A DNA stretch of 64,000 nucleotides from NCBI GenBank assembly GCA_964515335.1, contig CAZETS010000023.1, forward strand, positions 1,901 to 65,900, written 5' to 3'. This document shows, in pieces, positions 44,194-52,262 of the stretch. Below the pieces are notes generated by a model, which worked only from the letters and a program-made list of their open reading frames with translations, searched no databases and was not told where the DNA came from. Source of the stretch: an uncultured Spirochaetaceae bacterium (GTDB lineage Bacteria > Myxococcota_A > UBA9160 > UBA4427). The translations under genes and the position numbers were made by a program. Position 1 is the first letter of the stretch; every line of letters begins with the position of its first letter.

Positions 44194-45308
44194 GCATGGG
44201 CGAGACGGTCGAGCGCAGGATCCTGCTGAACCCGGGGCCGGCCACCACGAGCGACGGCGTCAAGCAGGCGCTGGTGATCCCCGACATCTGTCCGCGCGAG
44301 CGTTCTTTCTGCGATCTCTACGCCGACGTGCGCCGGCGGCTGGCCGAGCTGGTGGGCGATCCCGCCGAGGTCGCTGCGGTTCCGCTCGTCGGCTGCGGCA
44401 CCACCGCCCTCGAGGCCGCGATGGTGAGCCTGCTGCCGCCCGGCGCCCGGCTGCTCGTCGTGGACAACGGCGACTACGGGACCCGGCTCGCAGCGATGGC
44501 CCGCGAGCTGGGCATCGACCACGACGTGCTCGAGGTGGGTTGGGCGGTGCCGATCGACCCGGCCGAAGTCGAGGCGAAGCTCGGCGACGCCTCGACCCCG
44601 TTCACCCATGCCTACTTCGTCCACCACGAGACCAGCTCGGGTCTGCTGAACCCGATCGACCCGCTGCTCGCGGTGTTCAAGCGTCACGACGTGCGGGTGC
44701 TGCTCGACGCGATGTCGAGCTTCGCGTGCCTGCCGACGCCGGTCGGCGCGGAGGGCGTCGACGCGGTGGTGTCGAGCTCGAACAAGTGCGTGCAAGGCAT
44801 GGCGGGGCTCGGCATCGTGGTGGCGACCCGCGCGTTGCTCGACGAGGCGCGCGGCACGCGGCGGCGCTGTTTCAGCCTCGATCTCGTCGCCGAGCTCGAC
44901 CACCTCGAGAAGACGGGGCAGAGCCGCTTCACGGTGCCGCCGCAGGTGGTGTCGGCGCTGCACCGGGCGCTGATCGAGTTGGAGCGCGAGGGGCTCGACG
45001 GCCGCCGCGCGCGCTACACGCGCAGCATGGAGGTGTTGGTTTCGGGGCTGCGCAGGCTCGGCTTCGAGTTGTTCGAGGGCGACGGCGAGCCGAGCCGCAT
45101 CCTGGTGGCGATTCGCGCCCCCGAAGCGCCCTGGTACGACTTCGAGGACATGCACGACGCGCTCTTCGAACAGGGCTTCACGATCTATCCCGGCAAGCCC
45201 GGAGCGGTGCCGACCTTCCGCTTGGCCGTTCTCGGCGCGATCGACGCCAGCGACATCGAGGCGTTCCTCGAGGCGCTCGAGCAGTATCTGTCGCGGGCGA
45301 GGCGCTGA
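44190..45308 (+). CDS. phnW: 2-aminoethylphosphonate:pyruvate aminotransferase (class V PLP enzyme, PhnW/AepZ type)
   Basis: Met121 of track ORF 43830. ATGA overlap with the upstream stop. From memory it is collinear with PhnW: ILLNPGPATTS, VHHETSSGLLNPID, LLDAMSSF, the PLP-lysine block VVSSSNKCVQGMAGLG, CFSLDL, RFTVPPQVV, GFTIYPGK. Confidence 0.88.
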   Translation: MSMGETVERRILLNPGPATTSDGVKQALVIPDICPRERSFCDLYADVRRRLAELVGDPAEVAAVPLVGCGTTALEAAMVSLLPPGARLLVVDNGDYGTRLAAMARELGIDHDVLEVGWAVPIDPAEVEAKLGDASTPFTHAYFVHHETSSGLLNPIDPLLAVFKRHDVRVLLDAMSSFACLPTPVGAEGVDAVVSSSNKCVQGMAGLGIVVATRALLDEARGTRRRCFSLDLVAELDHLEKTGQSRFTVPPQVVSALHRALIELEREGLDGRRARYTRSMEVLVSGLRRLGFELFEGDGEPSRILVAIRAPEAPWYDFEDMHDALFEQGFTIYPGKPGAVPTFRLAVLGAIDASDIEAFLEALEQYLSRARR

Positions 45309-45333
45309 GTCCGAGCGGCGCGCGGGAAGACGT

Positions 45334-46239
45334 GTGAAGGAAGAGATCGCCGTCCGGCTGCTCTACACGCTGAGCGCCATCTTCGCCGTGGCGGCGCTCG
45401 GCCTGCTGGTGAGCTTCGCGATGCGCGGTCGCACGACTGCCCAGAGTCAGATGGGCACGCGCTTCGGCCTCGAGGTGCTGTTCCTGGCCGCGATCTTCGT
45501 GCCCACGTATCTCGGGGGCGCGTGGGTGCTGGCGACGGCGGTGCTGCTGGGCTGTCTCTGCGCGAGTGAGTTGTACGGCACGTTCGAGTTCGGAGGCGAC
45601 ACGCCCTGGAAGCTTTCGGGCATCCTGATCGGGCTCGGCTTCGTGTTCTACGCCTACGTTCGGCCCGACGGCGTCGCCCCGATCTTCCCATGGGTGCTTG
45701 CGCTCTACTGGGGGCTGCGCTTCGCCGCGGGTGGCGGCAAGACGGGCCTGCTGGCGCGCAGCAGACGGACGACGTTCGGCATCCTGTACCCCTTCATGTG
45801 CCTCGCCTTCTTCGTCGACCTCGGCGTGCGTGAGGAGGGCTTCGGCTACGTGGTGCTCTACTACGGGCTCGCCGAAGTGAACGACTCGGCGGCATACCTG
45901 GTAGGGTCGAGCATCGGCCGCCACAAGATCTTCCCGAAGCTCAGTCCGAAGAAGACCGTCGAGGGGGTGGCCGGAGGCATCCTCGCGACCCTGGGAATCG
46001 CGTTCGCCCTGAGCTTCGCGGTGCCCGAGTGGGGCGGCTGGCGGCTGGCGGGGGCCGGGGTGCTGATCGCGGTGGCGGGGCTGGCGGGCGACCTCTTCGC
46101 TTCGCGCCTCAAGCGGCGGGTCGGCGTGAAGGACTACGGCGAGGCCGTGCCCACCCAGGGCGGCGTACTCGACGTCTACGACGCCTTCATCTTCGTGGCG
46201 CCGGTCTTCTACTATTACGTGCAGCTCACGGGCGGCTAG
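45334..46239 (+). CDS. CdsA-family (CTP_transf_1) integral-membrane cytidylyltransferase with a divergent signature
   Basis: 301 aa, GTG start with GGGAAGA upstream; about 8 TM helices. SPKKTVEGVAGG, then GDLFASRLKRRVGVKDYGEAVPTQGGVLDVYDA. This matches the CdsA signature S-x-[LIVMF]-K-R-x4-K-D...H-G-G-x-x-D-R except for Q in place of H and V in place of R. Confidence 0.8.
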   Translation: MKEEIAVRLLYTLSAIFAVAALGLLVSFAMRGRTTAQSQMGTRFGLEVLFLAAIFVPTYLGGAWVLATAVLLGCLCASELYGTFEFGGDTPWKLSGILIGLGFVFYAYVRPDGVAPIFPWVLALYWGLRFAAGGGKTGLLARSRRTTFGILYPFMCLAFFVDLGVREEGFGYVVLYYGLAEVNDSAAYLVGSSIGRHKIFPKLSPKKTVEGVAGGILATLGIAFALSFAVPEWGGWRLAGAGVLIAVAGLAGDLFASRLKRRVGVKDYGEAVPTQGGVLDVYDAFIFVAPVFYYYVQLTGG

Positions 46240-46300
46240 GCGAGGCCGGCCGGGGGCGGGGGGAACGGTCATCTCCGATACCACGCGGCGACGCTTCACC

Positions 46301-47038
46301 GTGGCTGACGTTCGCGCGTCGTTTCCGCCCGAGAAGGCGTGGAGCGAGATGCAGGGCGACCTGATCTGCTTTCTCGTCTACCGGCAGATCTCCTTCTACG
46401 TGACGCCGCCCCTGCTGCGCCTGGGCGTGCCCGTGCTCGGCGTGACCTGCTTTGCGCTGCTGGTCGCGCTTGCCATGGTGACGATCGCGTGGCTGGGCGG
46501 GCCGTCGGTCTGGTGGGCGGTGGCCGCCATCGGCTTCGCCTACCACGTGCTCGACTGCGTGGACGGCAACATGGCGCGCACCCTGGGGCAGACGAGCCGC
46601 CTCGGCGCGATCCTCGACGGCACCGTCGACATGGGCTTCTGGTGCGGGCTGCTGTTCTCGCTGGGGCTGCTGGTGGATCACGCGGGCGGCGGCCTGTTCG
46701 GCGAGCACGCCGTGGCGTTCTCGCTGGGCCTCTGCGTGCTGCTGCTGCTGAACCGCCAGACCCGCGACAACTTCGCGGTGCAGAACGCGACGGCCACCTA
46801 CTTCAAGCCCTCGCGGCCGGAGCGGATCCCGCTCGGCGACTGGCTGATGATGGCCGTCACCGGCCTGGAGTTCGCCTACGTGTTCGTCATCGCCCTGGCC
46901 GGAGCCCTCGACGCCCTCGACTGGGCGCTCGCCGGCATCGGGGCCTACGTGGCGGTGATCTTCGTCGGCGCCCTGTGGATGACCTTCGCCAAGGCGGCCG
47001 AGCTGGACCGGGCTACTTCTTCGTCCGACCCTCGTTGA
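46301..47038 (+). CDS. CDP-alcohol phosphotransferase-family membrane enzyme
   Basis: 245 aa, GTG start; an alternative ATG lies 16 codons downstream. Polytopic. The motif is complete at 46562-46630: LDCVDGNMARTLGQTSRLGAILDGTVD (D-x2-DG-x2-AR-x8-G-x3-D-x3-D). It is the last gene of the pepM operon, and its 3' end overlaps the convergent FGGY kinase gene by 26 nt. Confidence 0.82.
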   Translation: MADVRASFPPEKAWSEMQGDLICFLVYRQISFYVTPPLLRLGVPVLGVTCFALLVALAMVTIAWLGGPSVWWAVAAIGFAYHVLDCVDGNMARTLGQTSRLGAILDGTVDMGFWCGLLFSLGLLVDHAGGGLFGEHAVAFSLGLCVLLLLNRQTRDNFAVQNATATYFKPSRPERIPLGDWLMMAVTGLEFAYVFVIALAGALDALDWALAGIGAYVAVIFVGALWMTFAKAAELDRATSSSDPR

Positions 47039-48569
47039 GGCGGCGGAACCAGGAGTGCGTCCGGTCGTAGTAGTCGCGGTAGGCCGCGTAGCGCTCGTCG
47101 TAGAGTGACGCGTAGGCGGCGCGGGGCTCGAACCGGTCGGTGACCTCTACGAGGTGTCCGGTGTCCTCGAGGCGCGGGATCTCGCCGAGGGCGCGCAGCG
47201 CGATCACCGCAGCGCCGCGCACGCCACAGAACTGCGGATTGGCCACGCGGTGGACCGGGCGCTGCAGCACGTCGGCGGTGATCTGGCACCAGATGTCGCT
47301 CTGGGCGCCGCCGCCGGTGATGCGCACGTGGGGCACCGGCTCCTTCAGCAGCTTCTCGACCACGCCGAAGGCCCAGCGCGTGTTGAGCGCCACGCCCTCG
47401 TAGATGGCGCGGAGCACGTGGCTCTTGTCGTGGTCGAGCGAGAGGTTCACGAAGCCGCCTCGCACCGACGAGTCGTCGACCGGAACGCGCTCGCCCATCA
47501 TCCACGGGAAGAACGTCACCCCGCCGGCGCCGGGCGGGCAGTCCTCGACGAGCGCGTTGATCTCGTCGTAGCCGATGTGCTCGCCGAGCAGATTGCGCCG
47601 CAGCCACTCCATCGAGGCGCCGGCCGTCTCCTGCGTGGCGATCAGGATGTACTTGCCGAGCTCGGCGGCGCAGAGGGTCCCGGTCGCGGAGAAGGGGTCG
47701 ACGCAGCGGTCGTCCCGATGCGACGCCACCCAGGAGCTGGTGCCGAGGCAGACGTGCACCTCTCCGTCGCGTACGGCGCCCGAGCCGATCGCGCACGACG
47801 GCACGTCGCCCGCGCCCGCGACGACCGGCGTGCCCGGCGCGATGCCGAGGTCGGCGGCGGCGTCCTCCTGCAGGAAGCCGGCGACCTCGGTCGAGCGGAT
47901 CACCGTCGGCAGCCGCGAGGTGTCGAGGTCGAGCATGTCGAGGATCGGCTCGGACCAGCCGAGCTGGTCCTTGCGGGTGCGGAAGAGCCAGCCGCCGCTC
48001 GCCAGGTCGTAGGTGGTGACCGTGCGGCCCGTCGAGCGCAGCAGCAGGTAGTCCTTCACGTCCAGCAGCTTGTGGGTGCGCTCCCAGACGTCGGGGCGCT
48101 CCTCGCGCAGCCAGATGTACTTCGAGATCGTGTCGCGGCCGGCCAGGTTCGGCGCGCCGTTGGTCTCGCGCAGCCACTTGATGACTCGGCCCAGCCCGTA
48201 GCCCGCGACCTTCGGGAAGCCGTCGGTGATGGCCCGGGCCTGCTCGCGCGAGCGGGTGTCGAGCCAGATCATCGCGTTCATCAGCGGCTTGCCGTCGACG
48301 TCGACGGGCAGCACGCCGAACATCTGGCACGAGAAGACCATTCCGCTCACGGTGTCGCGCCGCTCGGGGGCGTTCTTCCAGAGGTCGCGCACCGCCGAGG
48401 CGATCGCGTGCCACCAGCCGTTCGGGTCCTGCTCGGCCCAGGTCGGCCGGGGATGGAGCACCTCGAGGTGGCTGCGCGCGCAGTCGCGGATGACACCCTC
48501 GTGCGAGACCAGGGCGGCCTTCACCTCCGAGGTGCCCACGTCCACCGCCAGGATGTTCCGCTCGGTCAT
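47013..48569 (-). CDS. FGGY-family carbohydrate kinase (xylulokinase-like)
   Basis: 518 aa: ILAVDVGTSEVKAALV...HPRPTWAEQDPNGWWHAI, NAMIWLDTRS, VVAGAGDVPSCAIGSG, ITGGGAQSDIWCQITADVL. Confidence 0.87.
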   Translation of the reverse strand: MTERNILAVDVGTSEVKAALVSHEGVIRDCARSHLEVLHPRPTWAEQDPNGWWHAIASAVRDLWKNAPERRDTVSGMVFSCQMFGVLPVDVDGKPLMNAMIWLDTRSREQARAITDGFPKVAGYGLGRVIKWLRETNGAPNLAGRDTISKYIWLREERPDVWERTHKLLDVKDYLLLRSTGRTVTTYDLASGGWLFRTRKDQLGWSEPILDMLDLDTSRLPTVIRSTEVAGFLQEDAAADLGIAPGTPVVAGAGDVPSCAIGSGAVRDGEVHVCLGTSSWVASHRDDRCVDPFSATGTLCAAELGKYILIATQETAGASMEWLRRNLLGEHIGYDEINALVEDCPPGAGGVTFFPWMMGERVPVDDSSVRGGFVNLSLDHDKSHVLRAIYEGVALNTRWAFGVVEKLLKEPVPHVRITGGGAQSDIWCQITADVLQRPVHRVANPQFCGVRGAAVIALRALGEIPRLEDTGHLVEVTDRFEPRAAYASLYDERYAAYRDYYDRTHSWFRRLNEGRTKK

Positions 48570-48743
48570 GCTGGTCTTCCCTCGACGGGATGCCGGCCGC
48601 GTCGTCGAGCACGGCCGGGGACGGACGGCGATGAGGCCACCGGGTCCGGCTGCATGGCAGGGGGAGGCGCGACCGACCGTAGCCGAGCGCCCGGGTGCTC
48701 GAAATACCGTCAGCCGCTGCTCGGCGCCAAATCGAAGGGATTG

Positions 48744-48766
48744 GCCCCCGCATTCCCAAGGGGGGC
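48744..48766 (-). terminator. Possible intrinsic terminator after the ABC ATPase gene
   Basis: On the minus strand, 12 nt after the stop: a 6-bp G/C stem (GCCCCC / GGGGGC) with an 11-nt loop, followed by CAATCCCTTCGATTTGG, which is only partly T-rich. Confidence 0.3.
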
Positions 48767-48777
48767 GCGGGAGGTCC

Positions 48778-49470
48778 TCAGACGGCGATACGCCTGTCCG
48801 AGTCGATCCGGCCGTCTACGAGGTTGATCAAGCGGTCCGCCGATTCGAACACCCGGGCGTCCTGCGTGACCATCAGCACGGTCGTGCCGCGCTCTCTCGC
48901 GAGTCTCCCGAACAGTCCGAGCACGATCTCTGTGTTGGCTGCGTCGAGCGCAGCGGTGGGCTCGTCGGCGAGCACGAGGGCCGGCCGGTGGATCAGCGCC
49001 CGTGCGATCGCCACGCGCTGGCGCTGGCCGCCGGAGAGCTTCTCGGGCCGGTAGTCCTGCCGTTCGCCGAGGCCGAGCTCGGTCAGCAGGGCGGCGATGC
49101 GCTCGGTCTTGTCGGCGTCCGGGTCCGGATGCAGGTCGGCCGCCATCTGCACGCTCTCGAAGGCGGTCAGTGCCGGAAAGAGGTTGTGCAGCTGGAAGAT
49201 GAAGCCGAGGTGCGTGCGGTACTCCTCGAGTCCGATGCCGCGCAGCTTGCGCAGATCGTGACCCACCGAGATCAGCCGGCCGCTCTGCGGACTGCGCAGC
49301 GCACCGATCAGCGAGAGCAGGGTGGTCTTCCCCGAGCCGGACGGCCCGGTCATGATCACGAATTCGCCGGGAGCCACCTCGAGCTCGATGTCGAACAGCA
49401 CCTGCTTGCGCGCCTCGGCATCGCCGAAAGCGTGGTCGAGGTCGCGGATCTCGATCGCGGGCTCGCTCAC
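48778..49470 (-). CDS. ABC transporter ATP-binding protein (DevA / LolD / MacB-ATPase type)
   Basis: 230 aa. Walker A GPSGSGKTT, Q-loop FIFQ, signature LSGGQRQRVAIARAL, Walker B LVLADEPTAALD, H-loop MVTQD. Confidence 0.9.
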   Translation of the reverse strand: MSEPAIEIRDLDHAFGDAEARKQVLFDIELEVAPGEFVIMTGPSGSGKTTLLSLIGALRSPQSGRLISVGHDLRKLRGIGLEEYRTHLGFIFQLHNLFPALTAFESVQMAADLHPDPDADKTERIAALLTELGLGERQDYRPEKLSGGQRQRVAIARALIHRPALVLADEPTAALDAANTEIVLGLFGRLARERGTTVLMVTQDARVFESADRLINLVDGRIDSDRRIAV

Positions 49471-49477
49471 CGGCCCC

Positions 49478-50506
49478 TCACTCCGCCGCGTGAGTCGATC
49501 CGAGGTGGATGCGCAGCTCGCCCTCGAGGTTCGTCAGTCGCCGGGCGAGCTCGTTGTCGTCGAGGCGCACCCGCACCTCGACGACGCGCAGGCCGCGGGG
49601 GCCGGTCGGGTCGACCCCGGTGATGAAGTTGCCCGAGATGATCTCGCCGACGGACTCGACGTTGCCCTGGATCGGGCCGTTCAGGGCCGGGCTGGCGAAC
49701 GTCGCGGGCTGCCCCTCCTCGACGAGGCGGATCTCGTTGGCGTGGACCTCGGCGACCGCGTACATGCTCTGCGTGGTGCCGATCTTGATGACCGGCCCGG
49801 CGGCGCCGACGCGCTCGCCCTCGCGCGCGAGCACTCGCAGCACCGAGCCGTCGAGGGGCGAGCGCACCAGCGTCTGCTCGAGCCGCGCCTCGGCCTGTAC
49901 GACGGCGTTGCGCGCTTCGCGGGCTTCGAGACCGGCGTTGGCCTCGAGGCGCTCGAGCACCGCGTTGGACTCGGCGAGCTCCTCCTCGGTGCGGCGGACG
50001 CGCAGCTTCGCATCGCGGAACTCGCGGCCGGCGCTGAAGCCCTTCTGGCTGAGGTCCTTCTGGCTCGTGACCTCGTTCTGTGCGTACTCGAGCTCGGCCT
50101 CGATGGCGCGCAGCCGGGCGCGCTGCGCCTCGACCTCGAGCGGCTGCAGGTTGGCGCGCTCGAGCCGGATGCGCGACTGCTCGAGCTCGGCGGAGCGCAG
50201 CTGATAGCTCTCGAGCAGCACGAGCACCTGTCCCTGCACCACCTCGTTGCCCTCGCGCACGAGGATCTGCTTGACGACGTCGGTGTTCGCCGAGGCGACG
50301 TTCACGACACCGCTCGCGGGCTCGAGTCGTGCGAGGGCCACGAGGCTGACCCGGCGGACCGGCTCCTGGGCCCAGGCCGTCCCGACGTCGACCGCGTCCC
50401 CACAGCCACCCGCCCCCAGCTCGATCGCGAGCAGCGCGATCGTGGCGAGGAGGGGATGGGCTCGCGCGGCGTGCCGCGCGCGAAATGTGCGGAGCATTTC
50501 CATCAT
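49478..50506 (-). CDS. HlyD/DevB-family membrane-fusion (periplasmic adaptor) lipoprotein
   Basis: 342 aa. Signal plus lipobox LLAIELGAGGC. Lipoyl-like VVKQILVREGNEVVQGQVLVLLE. Long coiled coil (AELEQSRIRLERANLQPLEVEAQRARLRAIEAELEYAQNEV...). Beta-barrel block SPLDGSVLRVLAREGERV. It ends 7 nt before the ATPase gene. Confidence 0.85.
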   Translation of the reverse strand: MMEMLRTFRARHAARAHPLLATIALLAIELGAGGCGDAVDVGTAWAQEPVRRVSLVALARLEPASGVVNVASANTDVVKQILVREGNEVVQGQVLVLLESYQLRSAELEQSRIRLERANLQPLEVEAQRARLRAIEAELEYAQNEVTSQKDLSQKGFSAGREFRDAKLRVRRTEEELAESNAVLERLEANAGLEAREARNAVVQAEARLEQTLVRSPLDGSVLRVLAREGERVGAAGPVIKIGTTQSMYAVAEVHANEIRLVEEGQPATFASPALNGPIQGNVESVGEIISGNFITGVDPTGPRGLRVVEVRVRLDDNELARRLTNLEGELRIHLGSTHAAE

Positions 50507-50617
50507 CGGATGCGGATCGGCTTCCCGATCGCCGGCCGCTCGGCACCCCGGCGACGGCGTGGCAGGGCGGCCGGGTCCTGTCCACGGGCCGCCGCGATGG
50601 AGGCCCGACAGTATAGG

Positions 50618-52048
50618 TCAGCGGTTCGCGTTCACCCGCTCGCCTGCGATCCAGACACCGGCGACGTCGAGCGCGTTCAATCGCCCTCGCGCGGCGGCCC
50701 AGCTGCGGTCGAGCAGACACAGATCGGCGCTCGCGCCGGCGCAGAGTCGACGCGGTGTCCCGCCCGGCATGGCGAGCGGCGCGGTGAAAAGACCGAGCGC
50801 CTCCTCGGGCGAGAGCGCCTCTTGCGGGCCGAGGGGCGCGCCCGCGTCGGTGCGCCGCTCGACGGCCGCGCGCATGGCACGCCACGGATCCGGGTCGCCG
50901 AAGGGCGCGTCGGTGCCGCCGCCGAGGGCGACGCCGGCATCGAGCAGTCCGCGGCCGCGGTACAGCCAGGGCCGATCGGCTTCGGCTACGTCGCTCAGGT
51001 AGGCGTCGCCGCGTTCGCCGACGAAGTTCGGCTGGGTGACCACCGTGAGCGGCAGTCGCGCCAGCCACCGGGCGCAGTCGGGCGGGGCGATGCTGGCGTG
51101 CTCGATGCGGTCGGCCTCGCTGCAGCCGGCCTCCTCGAGGGCCGACAGGGCGAAGACCAGCTCGGCCCGGGTCACGCAGTGGAAGGCCACGCCGCGCTCG
51201 TCGTGGTGCGCGGCCACGATGGACGCGAGCAGGTCGCTTCGATCGGGCAGGGCGTTCTCGTCGAGCATCACTTTGAGGGCGCCGCGCTCGACCCGCGGCG
51301 CACCGGGCAGGGGCAGCCCGGCCCGGCCCATCACGCGAAGCCGCTGCGGAAGATCGCCGCGACGGCTGGCCTGCTCGAGGATGGCGAGGCTCTGCGCGTC
51401 GTTCGCCACCGTCGCGTCGCAGACGGAAGTGACACCGAAAGATGTCAGCAGGGCGCCGACGCGCGCGAGGTCGGGCAGCGCCCGGTCGCCGAGGTGAGCG
51501 CGCAGCCAGGCGTCGGCGCGGTCGAGACGGCCGCTGGGTTGGCGGTCGCGGTCGAGCTCGAGTCCGGGCGGTCGGTCGTCGGCGGGCACCTCGCCGAGCA
51601 GCGCGATCGCGCGCGAGTTGAGGATCCAGCGCGCTCCGCTGCGATGCTGGATGCGGATGGGGCGGTCGGGGCCCAGTCGGTCGAGTGCGTGGCGCTCGAG
51701 GTCGCCCGCCACGCTCTCGTGGTAGCCGACGCCACGAAGCCAGCGCTCCGCAGGGGCGTCCGCGGCGGCGGCGTGCAGCGCGGCCGACAGGCCGGCCTGA
51801 TCGGTCACCTCCGGCGGGCCGCAGCGCACCGATTCCAGCGAGGCCGCGAGGGCGAGCAGGTGGATGTGGTGGTCGTGCAGCCCCGGCAGCAAGGCGCCGC
51901 CGCGAGCGTCGATCCTGGACTCGCCGGGCTCGTCGGGCAGCGCGGGCGCGACGGCCTCGATCCGCCCGTCGCGCAGGCGCAGGTCCGCCCGCTTGCCGTC
52001 GATCTCGGCGTTCCGGATGAGCCACGCGTGTCGGGTCGGATCCGGCAT
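50618..52048 (-). CDS. Amidohydrolase-family metal-dependent hydrolase (Amidohydro_3 type)
   Basis: Met45 of track ORF 50618..52180 (MPDPTRHAWLIRNAEIDGKRADLRLRDGRIEAV). Metal-binding GGALLPGLHDHHIHL. Later AFHCVT, GGGTDAPFGDPDPW. Confidence 0.8.
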   Translation of the reverse strand: MPDPTRHAWLIRNAEIDGKRADLRLRDGRIEAVAPALPDEPGESRIDARGGALLPGLHDHHIHLLALAASLESVRCGPPEVTDQAGLSAALHAAAADAPAERWLRGVGYHESVAGDLERHALDRLGPDRPIRIQHRSGARWILNSRAIALLGEVPADDRPPGLELDRDRQPSGRLDRADAWLRAHLGDRALPDLARVGALLTSFGVTSVCDATVANDAQSLAILEQASRRGDLPQRLRVMGRAGLPLPGAPRVERGALKVMLDENALPDRSDLLASIVAAHHDERGVAFHCVTRAELVFALSALEEAGCSEADRIEHASIAPPDCARWLARLPLTVVTQPNFVGERGDAYLSDVAEADRPWLYRGRGLLDAGVALGGGTDAPFGDPDPWRAMRAAVERRTDAGAPLGPQEALSPEEALGLFTAPLAMPGGTPRRLCAGASADLCLLDRSWAAARGRLNALDVAGVWIAGERVNANR

Positions 52049-52189
52049 CTCGCTCTCGTGCGCCCGCGTCGTCGCCCTCGTCGCCGCCCGGGTCGGTGGT
52101 CGTGGAGCCCGGTCGTCGCGATCCGGCCCTGCAGCGTGACTGCAGCCATCGCGCGAAGGGGCGGTGCGCCCGCCTAACATCCGGCCGGG

Positions 52190-52199
52190 ATAGCGCTAT
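52190..52199. promoter_or_regulatory. Perfect 10-bp palindrome ATAGCGCTAT in a divergent promoter region (candidate operator)
   Basis: Read directly: ggg-ATAGCGCTAT-tttcacgcc. It lies 64 bp upstream of ATG 52263 and 142 bp upstream of the divergent amidohydrolase start, in a locally AT-richer patch. Confidence 0.3.
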
Positions 52200-52262
52200 T
52201 TTCACGCCCCCGCTCGCCAGGACGGCACGGGATCAGAGAGCCAGGAGGCGAGGAACGACTGT

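Noticed and set aside
49322-52205. ORFs of 951 aa (+) and 912 aa (-) across the MFP and amidohydrolase genes.
   Set aside because: Low-complexity R/A/G/P sequences. The alternative frames give canonical HlyD-type and HxH amidohydrolase proteins.
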